Positions 56,200-64,000 of a DNA stretch of 64,000 bases are shown here, piece after piece (positions within the stretch are counted from its first letter, which is position 1; each line of letters begins with the position of its first letter). This DNA is from Candidatus Kaiserbacteria bacterium (GTDB lineage: Bacteria > Patescibacteriota > Minisyncoccia > Phycocordibacterales > UBA2100). Location: the NCBI GenBank assembly GCA_016186695.1, contig JACPLC010000006.1, forward strand, positions 7,283-71,282. Direction: 5' to 3'. Below the pieces are notes generated by a model. That model had not been told where the DNA came from. It was given only the letters and a program-made list of their open reading frames with translations, and did no database searches. Both the position numbers and the translations under genes were made by a program.

Positions 56200-56529
56200 C
56201 TATTTTGAAGGGTCGGCAATCTTCGGCGGATTGCGTTTGAAAGATTCATAGGCCGCACGCCGATGATCAAATCCCTCCATCGTCATCTGCAAATCTGCGG
56301 GATTAAGGAAAATGCCGCCACCGCCCGAGAGGAGCGGATTTTCCTCCTCTCCGGCAAACACCGAATAAAATTTCAGGCCTGCATAAAAGATGAGGCCGGC
56401 GAGCACCAGGACTGCAATAAAAAGGAGGATACGCCAGTAGGCATCGGCAAGAGTGCGGAGTTTCTCCGGTTCGTGCCGGTATTGCCACGTATCACGTATG
56501 GAGCCCCAGATGTATGTTACCCATCTCAT
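56200..56529 (-). CDS. small single-TM protein, last gene of the pil operon (PilP-position)
   Basis: Overlaps the pilO stop by 4 nt. TM RILLFIAVLVLAGLIFYAGL. Confidence 0.45.
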   Translation of the reverse strand: MRWVTYIWGSIRDTWQYRHEPEKLRTLADAYWRILLFIAVLVLAGLIFYAGLKFYSVFAGEEENPLLSGGGGIFLNPADLQMTMEGFDHRRAAYESFKRNPPKIADPSK

Positions 56530-57077
56530 ATCGCGGGAATGTCAGCAGTCGTGAAAAAGCGCATCTGCGTCACCATGTGCCAACTTTTTGCCGACTTGCC
56601 ACCCTCCACACTTCCCTGCCGCTCGAGCTGTAACTCGTCGAGAGAGGATGGGGTGGGAAGTGACTCAAGGAGAGCGACCACCTGGGCAACCTGCGAAAAT
56701 GTGCCCTGCGCTTCTATTATAAAGGACGCGACCCGAATGGGAGACGCCTCGGTCGAGGAGATGGATGGCGCCTGCCCGATACCTATCGGAATACCGGTGT
56801 CTCGTGCAAGCGATTCGATAGTGTCGAGAATCTCCACGAGATCGGAATCGGAAAGTTGCTCGAGTCTTGTACGTGCATCTTTCGTTTCGCGCGCAAGTGC
56901 ATGGAGGCGGAGCGCTGATGCATGCTCCAGTTCTTCCTGTTCCATGCTCGTGATCTTCAACGCGTGCTCCTCGGCTGCGACAGTGATCATCCACGCGAAG
57001 TAGCCAACTCCTGCAGAGAGCACAAGTGCACCGAGAAGTGCGGCCCATGAGCTATAGCGTGTAAATGGAATGCGCAT
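56526..57077 (-). CDS. pilO: type IV pilus assembly protein PilO-like
   Basis: Single N-terminal TM, coiled coil, then periplasmic domain. Position after pilM/pilN. Confidence 0.6.
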   Translation of the reverse strand: MRIPFTRYSSWAALLGALVLSAGVGYFAWMITVAAEEHALKITSMEQEELEHASALRLHALARETKDARTRLEQLSDSDLVEILDTIESLARDTGIPIGIGQAPSISSTEASPIRVASFIIEAQGTFSQVAQVVALLESLPTPSSLDELQLERQGSVEGGKSAKSWHMVTQMRFFTTADIPAI

Positions 57078-57078
57078 A

Positions 57079-57600
57079 CTAGAACGTTCCTTTCAAAGTT
57101 ATCGTGAAGCGGCTGCCTACCGTGCCTGCGAGAACGCCGATCGGGACCGTCACGCTCGTGAACCTCGGGCTTTTGGCAAGTGTCTCACGATACGCATTGA
57201 TGTCATCGCGCGAAGGACTCGTGCCCCCAAGGACGATCTCGCCGTCTTCCCCGCGCGTGAATGAAATGCTGGTAATGGTCGTACCCATCGGCCGCGCGAC
57301 GAAAATCTCCTCCAAAATCGAAAGAACTGAAACCGTCGAAGAGGCGATGGGCTGCAGTTCTTTCAACATGAGGCGCGTGCGTGCGAGATCTTCCCTGTCG
57401 GAGCTCTCCGGCAGAGCCTGTGTTGCGGACTCGGGGATTGCCTCCGTCGGAGCTCCGCGTACCATCGCGTACACGGGAAGAAGTGCGAGGAGCGCGATGG
57501 CGCCGCACACGATCGTGACCAGAGAACCCGTAAACACGAACCGGCTTCGGTAGAAACCTTGTGCGGCCCTGATTGATTGGGGTGGGAGAAGATTTGCCAT
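57079..57600 (-). CDS. pilN: type IV pilus assembly protein PilN-like
   Basis: Short cytoplasmic N-terminus (MANLLPPQSIRAAQGFYRSRFVF), TM, periplasmic domain. Immediately downstream of pilM. Confidence 0.6.
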   Translation of the reverse strand: MANLLPPQSIRAAQGFYRSRFVFTGSLVTIVCGAIALLALLPVYAMVRGAPTEAIPESATQALPESSDREDLARTRLMLKELQPIASSTVSVLSILEEIFVARPMGTTITSISFTRGEDGEIVLGGTSPSRDDINAYRETLAKSPRFTSVTVPIGVLAGTVGSRFTITLKGTF

Positions 57601-57611
57601 GGAAATTTATG

Positions 57612-58745
57612 CTAGACGCTCCGTAGCGCGAGACCGACAGCAGTTGCGAACTGCAGAGAGGTGCGACGATCGATGGGGGGGATGTAGTCGTCGAACGAAC
57701 AGACATTCCGCCAGACACTTGGCCGCACGACCTCAACCTGCACCCGCGCCGCAATATAATCTCCGAGCCCCTTGAGATTCCCGCTCCCGCCAAGGAGAAA
57801 CACCTGTTCGAGCGGCGTTACCCGATCGCCTTCTTGGTTCCTGCGCGTGTCCCAGTAGTGAAAGTGCCGCGCGACCTCATCGGCAAGCGCCGAAGCCGTT
57901 CCGGTTATCGCTTCAAGGCCGGCAGAGTGTTTGGGATCTTTCGCGAGCAGTCCCTCCTCGTTTTTGAACCTGTGTACCTCATCCGCCGGAAGTGAGAGTT
58001 TTCCGGCAAGCGCGTGGTCGATCGTTCCACCTCCCACCGCAACCGTCGAGGTAAAAATGGGAATACCCCGCTTCAGCACAGAAAGACCCGTGCGCATTTC
58101 CCCAAAATCAACGACAAGGGTGATTGGCTCATCAGCTGCGCTGGAAGCGACCGCGCGCGCTATGGAGCGCGCTTCCACTTCGAGCGAGAGAAGTTCGATC
58201 TTTGCTGCGGAAAAAACCGTGGCGTAGCTTTCGGAAAGTTCGCGGGGAAAGACCGTGACGCCGATTTCCTCACCCGCGCCGCCATCGTGCCGCATGATCT
58301 TGTCAAAGTCATAGACGGCCACCGCAGGAGCGATCGGGACCCGATCCTCGAGTTCGAATTCGATCATGGAAAGTATCTGTTCACGTGAAGAGCCTTCGGG
58401 CACGTGCATGCTAAAGACGTAGGCCGACTCCTCGGGAAGTGCTGCGTGTGCGCACTCAATGCCCGCCTTTGCCTTCACCGCGGCGAGAATCTGCGCAAGT
58501 GCTCCCACATCCTTAACGACGCCGTTTTGCACAATGCCCGCAGGAAGTGACTCGCGACCCCACGCGCGTACTTCCTTCCCAGAGCCGCCTTCTTCGAGCA
58601 CGATCCACTTGATTGAAGCGTCAGAGATATCGATGCCGGCTGCAGGCGGTAGGAGGACGTGTGGACGCGGAAACCACTTCGAAAATACGCGCGCCGCCGC
58701 ACGCGTGCCACGCAACAAAAACGCTGTTGATGTAGAACGTTCCAT
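57612..58745 (-). CDS. pilM: type IV pilus assembly ATPase-like protein PilM (actin fold)
   Basis: GIDISDASIKWIVLEEGG... actin/FtsA-like fold, with a second domain FLLGGSGNLKGLGDYIAARV. Confidence 0.7.
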   Translation of the reverse strand: MERSTSTAFLLRGTRAAARVFSKWFPRPHVLLPPAAGIDISDASIKWIVLEEGGSGKEVRAWGRESLPAGIVQNGVVKDVGALAQILAAVKAKAGIECAHAALPEESAYVFSMHVPEGSSREQILSMIEFELEDRVPIAPAVAVYDFDKIMRHDGGAGEEIGVTVFPRELSESYATVFSAAKIELLSLEVEARSIARAVASSAADEPITLVVDFGEMRTGLSVLKRGIPIFTSTVAVGGGTIDHALAGKLSLPADEVHRFKNEEGLLAKDPKHSAGLEAITGTASALADEVARHFHYWDTRRNQEGDRVTPLEQVFLLGGSGNLKGLGDYIAARVQVEVVRPSVWRNVCSFDDYIPPIDRRTSLQFATAVGLALRSV

Positions 58746-58765
58746 CCACCAAATTATAGCGCCTT

Positions 58766-59119
58766 TCAGCGAAGTTTGGTGCCTGTCGGAACTGTTCGCT
58801 CGGGAATAATGAGCGCAACGCCCGCATCATCGCTCGCCGCCAGAAGCATCCCCTCACTCTCGACACCGCGAAGCGTCCTCGGGGCGAGGTTCACTACGTA
58901 GGGAAACTGCTTACCGATTAGCTCTTCCGGTTTTTTCCACTCTGCAATGCCCGAGACAATCGTGCGCTCTCCCAGTCCTTGCCCTGAGCCTGTCGAAGGG
59001 TCGCCGAAATCTACCGTGCATTTGATGAGCTTATCCGCGCCGGAGACCATCTCCGCCGCAACCACGGTGCCGATACGTATATCGAGCTTTGCAAAATCTT
59101 CGTACGAAATCTCAGACAT
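58766..59119 (-). CDS. free-standing tRNA-binding domain protein (CsaA/Trbp111/MetRS-C-like)
   Basis: FAKLDIRIGTVVAAEMVSGADKLIKCTVDFGDPSTGSGQGLGERTIVSGIAEW...VVNLAPRTLRGVESEGMLLAA. Confidence 0.75.
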   Translation of the reverse strand: MSEISYEDFAKLDIRIGTVVAAEMVSGADKLIKCTVDFGDPSTGSGQGLGERTIVSGIAEWKKPEELIGKQFPYVVNLAPRTLRGVESEGMLLAASDDAGVALIIPERTVPTGTKLR

Positions 59120-59513
59120 GAGAGGAGTGTATCGCATCGCCGCGCGTATCCAAGTATCTCTGCAAAATGATTGCCGCCGCGGCACTGTCATCTTTGAGCC
59201 TTCCCTCCGGAGCATACCGCGACGCCTCTACCGAGCTTCCCGCTTCCCACGCAGGCGTGACAGGCAGGCCGGTTTCCCTCTTGAGCTTCTTGATAAATGC
59301 TTCGGCTTCTTTGGTAATCGGATTCTCGCTCCCCCCGAAGGAGCGCGTGTCGCCGACTATAACTTCCGAAATTTTCTCCTTTGCGATGATGTCACATAAA
59401 GCCGCGAAAAGATTCCCATCGTTTTCGACACCGTCATGCGGGAATGCAATGCCTTCGCTCGACACCGCGAGCCCGACACGTTTTGCGCCGTAGTCTATGC
59501 CGAGATATCTCAT
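59112..59513 (-). CDS. ruvX: Holliday-junction resolvase-like RuvX/YqgF
   Basis: MRYLGIDYGAKRVGLAVSSEG... RNase H-like. Confidence 0.8.
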   Translation of the reverse strand: MRYLGIDYGAKRVGLAVSSEGIAFPHDGVENDGNLFAALCDIIAKEKISEVIVGDTRSFGGSENPITKEAEAFIKKLKRETGLPVTPAWEAGSSVEASRYAPEGRLKDDSAAAAIILQRYLDTRGDAIHSSHV

Positions 59514-59544
59514 GCAGGAAGTATGGAGTATGAAGTATAGAGTA

Positions 59545-59958
59545 TCAATGCTTTGCAAGTTTCGAGGTCTTGTAGAGATCGGGTTGATGAGGCTTGAGAC
59601 GAACGATCTTCACGGAAAATCCCGCCTGCTCGAGATCCTGTTCCAAGTGGTCGACATATTCCCCGTGTTGGTCATACCCGAGCGCAATGATGCCGGGCTT
59701 CTCCCCGAGAATGTGATTAATGTATCCAACCTCGTCACCAAGTACTGCGCGGTCTACAAGCGGATGCGCCGCAACGGTTGCGAGCCGCTCTGATTCGTGA
59801 TGGCGGGGGGAAAATCCCTTGATACGCGTTGAGACGCTGTCGCGTGCAACCGAAACAATAAGACGCGGATCCTCCGCAAGGGCACGTGCCTGTTCAAAAA
59901 AATTCTCATGCCCTTTGTGGACAACATCAAACGTCCCAAACACCATGATGCGAATCAT
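59545..59958 (-). CDS. HxGH nucleotidyltransferase, FMN adenylyltransferase (FAD synthase)-like stand-alone domain
   Basis: [22 protein letters not shown] (HxGH). 137 aa. The 5' end overlaps the stop of the riboflavin kinase gene. Confidence 0.6.
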   Translation of the reverse strand: MIRIMVFGTFDVVHKGHENFFEQARALAEDPRLIVSVARDSVSTRIKGFSPRHHESERLATVAAHPLVDRAVLGDEVGYINHILGEKPGIIALGYDQHGEYVDHLEQDLEQAGFSVKIVRLKPHQPDLYKTSKLAKH

Positions 59959-60302
59959 ACCGATTCGGAGAAATACGTACGGACTTTCGCGACATCATCT
60001 GCGATTGCGGTACGGAGAGCGTCGTCGTCTTCGAATTCTTTGTTGTCGCGGATTTTTTTGAGGAGTTCGACGGTAATTTCCTTTCCGTAGAGATCGAGAT
60101 CAGTATCGAGAATGTGCGCCTCCAATACGCTTCGGGTCTGGTCGGCAAACGCCGCGGCGTCGTACGACTTTCCTCCCACGACAACCTGTGCCGCATAGAT
60201 TCCTGATACAGCAGAATCATCGAGGGGAATGTTGACCGTCGGAAATCCGAGAGCAGCTGCCCGCTTCGTGCCCTTTTGTACGGTGCCTGAAAAAGTCTCC
60301 AT
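59955..60302 (-). CDS. riboflavin kinase stand-alone domain
   Basis: [22 protein letters not shown]...[19 protein letters not shown]...[30 protein letters not shown] (RibF C-domain consensus). Confidence 0.7.
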   Translation of the reverse strand: METFSGTVQKGTKRAAALGFPTVNIPLDDSAVSGIYAAQVVVGGKSYDAAAFADQTRSVLEAHILDTDLDLYGKEITVELLKKIRDNKEFEDDDALRTAIADDVAKVRTYFSESV

Positions 60303-60346
60303 ATTGCTTCATTATTGAGAAAAGTCAGTGTATCGTACTCTCGTGG

Positions 60347-60432
60347 GAGGGGTGGCAGAGTTGGTCTATCGCGCTTGTCTTGAAAACAAGAGTGTCGAAA
60401 GGCACCGTGGGTTCGAATCCCACCCCCTCCGC
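60347..60432 (+). tRNA. tRNA-Ser (anticodon TGA), long variable arm, partial CC encoded
   Basis: GGAGGGG UG GCAG AGUUGGUCUAUCGC G CUUGU CUUGAAA ACAAG AGUGUCGAAAGGCACC GUGGG UUCGAAU CCCAC CCCCUCC G. Confidence 0.85.
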
Positions 60433-60487
60433 CGGCTATTCACAGCCCCTCGCATGAAGGCTTGCGCACAGTGTACAATGCCTTCAT

Positions 60488-60892
60488 ATGAAACACAGGG
60501 GTTTTACGCTGATTGAATTACTCGTTGTAATCGCCATTATCGGCCTCCTTGCGTCCATTGTCGTAGCCTCGCTTGCTTCGGTGCAGGGAAAGGGGCGTGA
60601 CGCGCGACGCGTGGCGGACATCGATGCACTTAAGAAGGGTCTCACTATTTACTCTGTCGACAACGGAGCCTTTCCTATCGCGACGGCAACAACGACCCTC
60701 GCTGCGACCTCGACGGTCGGCGCGGTGCTTCTCTCCTCCGGTGCAATGACAACAGTCCCGACGGACCCAAATGGTTCGCAGTACTACTACGTCTCAAACT
60801 CGACAGGAACGACATACAACATCAACTTCTGCCTCGAAACGAGCTCTATCAAAGGGTTCGCGCAAGGCTGCGACAACTACGTAAGGCCGTAG
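60488..60892 (+). CDS. type IV pilin (prepilin with N-methylation motif)
   Basis: MKHRGFTLIELLVVIAIIGLLASIVVASL... class III signal GFTLIE. Confidence 0.85.
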   Translation: MKHRGFTLIELLVVIAIIGLLASIVVASLASVQGKGRDARRVADIDALKKGLTIYSVDNGAFPIATATTTLAATSTVGAVLLSSGAMTTVPTDPNGSQYYYVSNSTGTTYNINFCLETSSIKGFAQGCDNYVRP

Positions 60893-60912
60893 TGAGAAAA
60901 GCGTGACAAACC

Positions 60913-60945
60913 AAAATCGCCTCCTTGCTGGGGCGGTTTTGTTTT
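60913..60945 (+). terminator. intrinsic terminator after pilin gene
   Basis: aaaatcgcc-tccttgctgg-ggcggtttt followed by gtttt. Confidence 0.6.
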
Positions 60946-60968
60946 GAATCCGTAGTAAAATACCTGAC

Positions 60969-61436
60969 ATGCCGTCATCCGCTCCCATACGCTGGAGAGC
61001 ATACGAGCACGAGCACATCGAGCGCGGCAGCGACTGGTACTGGGCACTCGGTATCTTTGCCGTAGCTGTCGCCCTCATCAGTGCGCTTCTCGGCAACATC
61101 CTCTTCGGTCTCCTCATTCTTGTCGCTGCCGGAACGCTCGCCGCGCTCGCCTCTTCGCCGCCGCCCTTGGTCGAGTTCGAGCTCTCCGATCGTGGCATCA
61201 AGGTGGGTGAGACGATGCACCGCTATGAGGAAATTATCTCTTTCTGGGTCGAGGATCACGATGCGAATCCGCCGATTCTTCTCGTCGATACGATTAAATG
61301 GCTCTCGCCAAATCTTGTGATCCCCTTAGACGGCGCGGACCCAAAGCTCGTGCGCGCGTACCTCACCGAGCGCACCGAAGAGACGCCAATGAAAGAGCCC
61401 GTTTGGCACAAGATCCTCGAATTCTTCGGGCTTTAA
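60969..61436 (+). CDS. 2-TM membrane protein with cytoplasmic domain, unknown function
   Basis: WYWALGIFAVAVALISALLGNILFGLLILVAAGTLAAL then a soluble domain. Confidence 0.45.
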   Translation: MPSSAPIRWRAYEHEHIERGSDWYWALGIFAVAVALISALLGNILFGLLILVAAGTLAALASSPPPLVEFELSDRGIKVGETMHRYEEIISFWVEDHDANPPILLVDTIKWLSPNLVIPLDGADPKLVRAYLTERTEETPMKEPVWHKILEFFGL

Positions 61437-61442
61437 TTCAGC

Positions 61443-63380
61443 TCACTGAATCGTCACCACGGTGCTTGCCTCTTTGGTGCCACCGCCGAGAGTCGTGCAC
61501 TTGAGAACGAATGTTGCGCCGGAAGTGAGTGCCGGTGTGGTGACCGTGCCGTTTACATTCGTTGTATTTTTTTGCTGTTCGGTGAAAGTGGGAAGATCGG
61601 GACTTGAGATGACGCATGCCTGCATTCCCGAGGTGACCCAGCCAATGGCGGATGTTTTACCGGATTGGACCGCCTTCGGATTTGCAACAAGCACGATCGC
61701 AGGCTTTGCGATTTGCACATTGCACTGCTTCGTCGCGCTCACGCTTCCCTCCGTGCACTTTAGTGCATACGTCGCGACGTTGGCGTTCACCGGAGGATTC
61801 GCGATGGTGACCGTTGTCGAGCCGGTCTGCGCACCGCCTGTATCAAAACCCGAGCCCTCGCTCGTTCCCGAGGAGCACGAGTAGGTAATAGCGATCGTCA
61901 TGCCGACATCCGCAATCTGCGGCTGACACGAGAGAGCTGCCGTGATTTGCGAAGTGCCACCGCTACCTGTCGGCACACACTGCCAGCTGCTTACGCATGC
62001 GCCGGTATAGGTGGGGCGCCAGGAACCACTCTGACAACCGGAAGGATCGGGCTGTGCGGGAGCCTGCTGGCAGCCTTGCCCCTGCTGGGGTGCCTGCGCA
62101 CACTGTGTGCCGGAACAGCCGTACTGGCACTGCTGCATCACCTGATCCACGCATTGATTGTTGCGGGAGTAGAGCGTGTTGTTGCCACAAATCACGCTGG
62201 GACTGCACGTACCGGCTGGCTGCGGCACGCCATTGCCTGCCGGCGGCTGTCTTCCCCCGAAACTTTGCGGCCCTGCGCTACTCGGCAGTGTAAACTTCGG
62301 CCCTCCGTCTCCTCCACCACCCCCGCCGCCTTTATCATTGAATGTTTGTTGAGAGCGTTTTTCTGCTTCTGCCTTTTCGGTTGCCTCTCTCGCTTCTTTT
62401 TCAGCAGGTGTTTCTGTTTTTGTTGTCGGCGGGCCTTTTGCCGCGACGTCGGCCAGGGACTTCTGCGCATCCCTTAGATCGTTGTATTCTTTCAGAGCTT
62501 CTGCTCTCTTGTTCGCGAGCACGCTTTCCTTCTCTAGCAAATCCTCATACGTCGCATCATCGCAAGGGTCCTCAACCGTACAACCATTATCTTTCTCGTA
62601 TTTTCGGATCGCATCGATCGCCCTTCCGTGATCGGCAGCCACCTCACCCAGGTATCCCTTTGCCGCCGCAACATCCTCGCCCAAAACTCTGGCAAAAACG
62701 TCACGTTGGGCCTTGTCGAGGTTGGTCCCAGGGGTACCGAGGCTATTCGATATGGCCTTCCGCTCCTCTGCAGACGAGCCCTTGTAAATCGTGGCCAAAT
62801 CTTCCGGGCTTAATTTCTTTCCATCCTCTCCGGCAACTTCGGTCTCACATGTACCTTTCGGAACACCTTTGTCTGGCACAGAAACCACCTTTCCTATACC
62901 GACCCTCTTCCCATTCTCGATTTTATTAGGCTCTCTATTTAGCTGAATCTTTGATTTCAAGCCAAAGCACTTTGTGATCGGTTTGCCCTTCGAATCCTTG
63001 CCCATATAGAACGCACTGACGCACGTGTCCTTCTCTATTGTCCCCTTGAATTTCTCCAAAGATGTCTCTCCTCCGCCCCTTGATTCCTCAGGCTTGTACA
63101 GGGGCGCTCTGAGAAAAGTACATTGCCTTTCTATCTTCTTATCGAGTTCAGCTTTTTGTGCCGCAGCTTTTTTTTGGGCCGCAATCTGAGCGGCGGTCAG
63201 AGCAGCAACCTGCGAATCCGACGAAACCGAGGAAAGCGGCGGGGTGGCGAGCTCGAAGGTGGCAACGGCGCCTGCGCCGAGCATGAGGGCGACGACGAGC
63301 GCGCCGAGTATGGATACGCCACGCTCGCCCCGTACTAACTTTGGCGTCTTTCTCATTTTGCCGTTGTTGTGTTCTTCCAT
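61443..63380 (-). CDS. large membrane-anchored surface protein: coiled-coil, poly-Gly, Cys-rich module, beta-rich C-terminus
   Basis: TM VSILGALVVALMLGAGAVATF. GGGGGGGDGG run. Cys-rich block CSPSVICGNN...CVDQVMQQCQYGCSGTQC...GCQ...GCQSG...CVSSWQCV. The 5' part of the long ORF overlaps tRNA-Arg(GCG), so the start is placed at an internal Met. Confidence 0.55.
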   Translation of the reverse strand: MEEHNNGKMRKTPKLVRGERGVSILGALVVALMLGAGAVATFELATPPLSSVSSDSQVAALTAAQIAAQKKAAAQKAELDKKIERQCTFLRAPLYKPEESRGGGETSLEKFKGTIEKDTCVSAFYMGKDSKGKPITKCFGLKSKIQLNREPNKIENGKRVGIGKVVSVPDKGVPKGTCETEVAGEDGKKLSPEDLATIYKGSSAEERKAISNSLGTPGTNLDKAQRDVFARVLGEDVAAAKGYLGEVAADHGRAIDAIRKYEKDNGCTVEDPCDDATYEDLLEKESVLANKRAEALKEYNDLRDAQKSLADVAAKGPPTTKTETPAEKEAREATEKAEAEKRSQQTFNDKGGGGGGGDGGPKFTLPSSAGPQSFGGRQPPAGNGVPQPAGTCSPSVICGNNTLYSRNNQCVDQVMQQCQYGCSGTQCAQAPQQGQGCQQAPAQPDPSGCQSGSWRPTYTGACVSSWQCVPTGSGGTSQITAALSCQPQIADVGMTIAITYSCSSGTSEGSGFDTGGAQTGSTTVTIANPPVNANVATYALKCTEGSVSATKQCNVQIAKPAIVLVANPKAVQSGKTSAIGWVTSGMQACVISSPDLPTFTEQQKNTTNVNGTVTTPALTSGATFVLKCTTLGGGTKEASTVVTIQ

Positions 63381-63532
63381 AGGAAAATCGTCACGCAAAA
63401 TCATGCCAAAGTGTAGTGTCGGGGCTCTCCCGCATGCGGGGATTCGTTCATGCCTCCATGATACCCCCTTTATGTTCGCTCGCCCCGCGAAATGTGGAAA
63501 AGCATTGAAATATGATACATTTCCTGCGACGC

Positions 63533-63607
63533 CCTCGTCGTTCAACGGATAGGATGCGACCTTGCGGAGGTCGTGATTGAGGTTCGATTCCTCACGGGGG
63601 CACCAGA
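63533..63607 (+). tRNA. tRNA-Arg (anticodon GCG) with encoded CCA
   Basis: GCCCUCG UC GUUC AACGGAUA GGAU G CGACC UUGCGGA GGUCG UGAU UGAGG UUCGAUU CCUCA CGGGGGC A CCA. Confidence 0.75.
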
Positions 63608-63692
63608 CAGGAAACTGCAAGCTCACAGGCCAGGATATCGTCCCGAATATTTGATGTTCCTTATTCCGTCCGACCGGACGATTTATGGAACG

Positions 63693-64000
63693 TCACCGCG
63701 CAGACGGTAATTTGAAATGCGCACGAAGATCTCTGTCGTTCTCAACGCCATCAGCGACAAAGTACAGTACTGCCCTACCAAGGCGGAGATCGGTGCGCAT
63801 GAATGCGACAAGCTCCTCGCAGTCATACGGAAAGATCCAAACACTGTCTTGGAGCCGCACAAAGCCGGTGTTCCTGAGAATTTCACGAAGGCGGCGGCGG
63901 ACTTCTCTCCGCTTTTCCCACACATCAAATATGACAATGCGCCAACGTTCATCCCAGCGTCGCGGTCTTGCGAATGTCAAAAAGTTCTCAAGGTACAACC
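63693..64000 (-). CDS. PaaX-like / Cas2-like-fold protein, C-terminal part (gene runs off window end)
   Basis: WDERWRIVIFDVWEKRREVRRRLREILRNTGFVRLQDSVWIFP matches the PaaX middle-domain pattern (WDGKWLLLL...R..L...GFG.L..S.W). It shows the same beta-alpha-beta pattern as Cas2. Truncated, no family confirmation. Confidence 0.3.
   Translation of the reverse strand, partial: LYLENFLTFARPRRWDERWRIVIFDVWEKRREVRRRLREILRNTGFVRLQDSVWIFPYDCEELVAFMRTDLRLGRAVLYFVADGVENDRDLRAHFKLPSAR

Noticed and set aside
63693-64000. Calling the edge ORF a bona fide Cas2
   Set aside because: No CRISPR repeats or other cas genes are in the window. The N-terminal sequence continues upstream beyond a typical ~95-aa Cas2, and the pattern equally fits the PaaX middle domain.
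1-64000. CRISPR arrays, rRNA genes, IS elements/transposases, integrases
   Set aside because: I saw no regularly spaced direct repeats, no rRNA-like conserved stretches, and no DDE/tyrosine-recombinase ORFs. The only mobile-type genes are the HNH and LAGLIDADG endonucleases.

Overview
This 64-kb window is dense, mostly co-directional bacterial housekeeping DNA with about 58% GC. It carries many translation, replication and repair genes: metG, glyQS, ileS, argS, recA, recO, ruvX, ftsK, ssb, the rpsF-ssb-rpsR operon, secE-nusG-rplK, rplS and efp. Interleaved with these are many secreted or membrane cell-envelope proteins, including peptidoglycan-binding-domain proteins, a Wzy/TPR fusion, DUF11-like repeats, and very large Thr/Ser/Gly- or Cys-rich proteins. 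There is also a pilM-pilN-pilO operon with a nearby type IV pilin. One tight four-gene operon encodes a complete arginine-to-spermidine route: a fold-III decarboxylase, an agmatinase, a carboxyspermidine dehydrogenase and a carboxyspermidine decarboxylase. I found six tRNAs: His, Val(TAC), Arg(TCT), Ser(TGA), Arg(GCG) and one more. Most lack an encoded CCA, but the Arg(GCG) tRNA has one. Several features suggest, by inference only, a reduced-genome CPR/Patescibacteria-like lineage: ribF is split into two genes in reversed order, rplA does not follow rplK, there is a free-standing tRNA-binding domain, giant surface proteins sit beside type IV pili, and there are free-standing homing-type endonucleases. 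The most unusual locus is a lower-GC region at about 45.8-51.8 kb. It holds three GT2 glycosyltransferases, two alpha/beta hydrolases and membrane proteins. On one side it is bounded by an intact dedA plus an internally deleted dedA copy. On the other side it is bounded by tRNA-His with a 15-nt duplication of its 3' end and an adjacent HNH endonuclease. That HNH gene is preceded by a perfect 37-bp palindrome. Further observations include: a low-GC free-standing LAGLIDADG endonuclease downstream of rplS; a RimK-like ATP-grasp ligase co-operonic with rpsF; a roughly 1100-aa surface protein gene split by an apparent frameshift; a structured ncRNA-like element with a bidirectional terminator between efp and the ATP-grasp gene; a 118-nt hairpin between ftsK and the next gene; and a 600-bp noncoding gap. 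I found no CRISPR array, no rRNA and no transposase.
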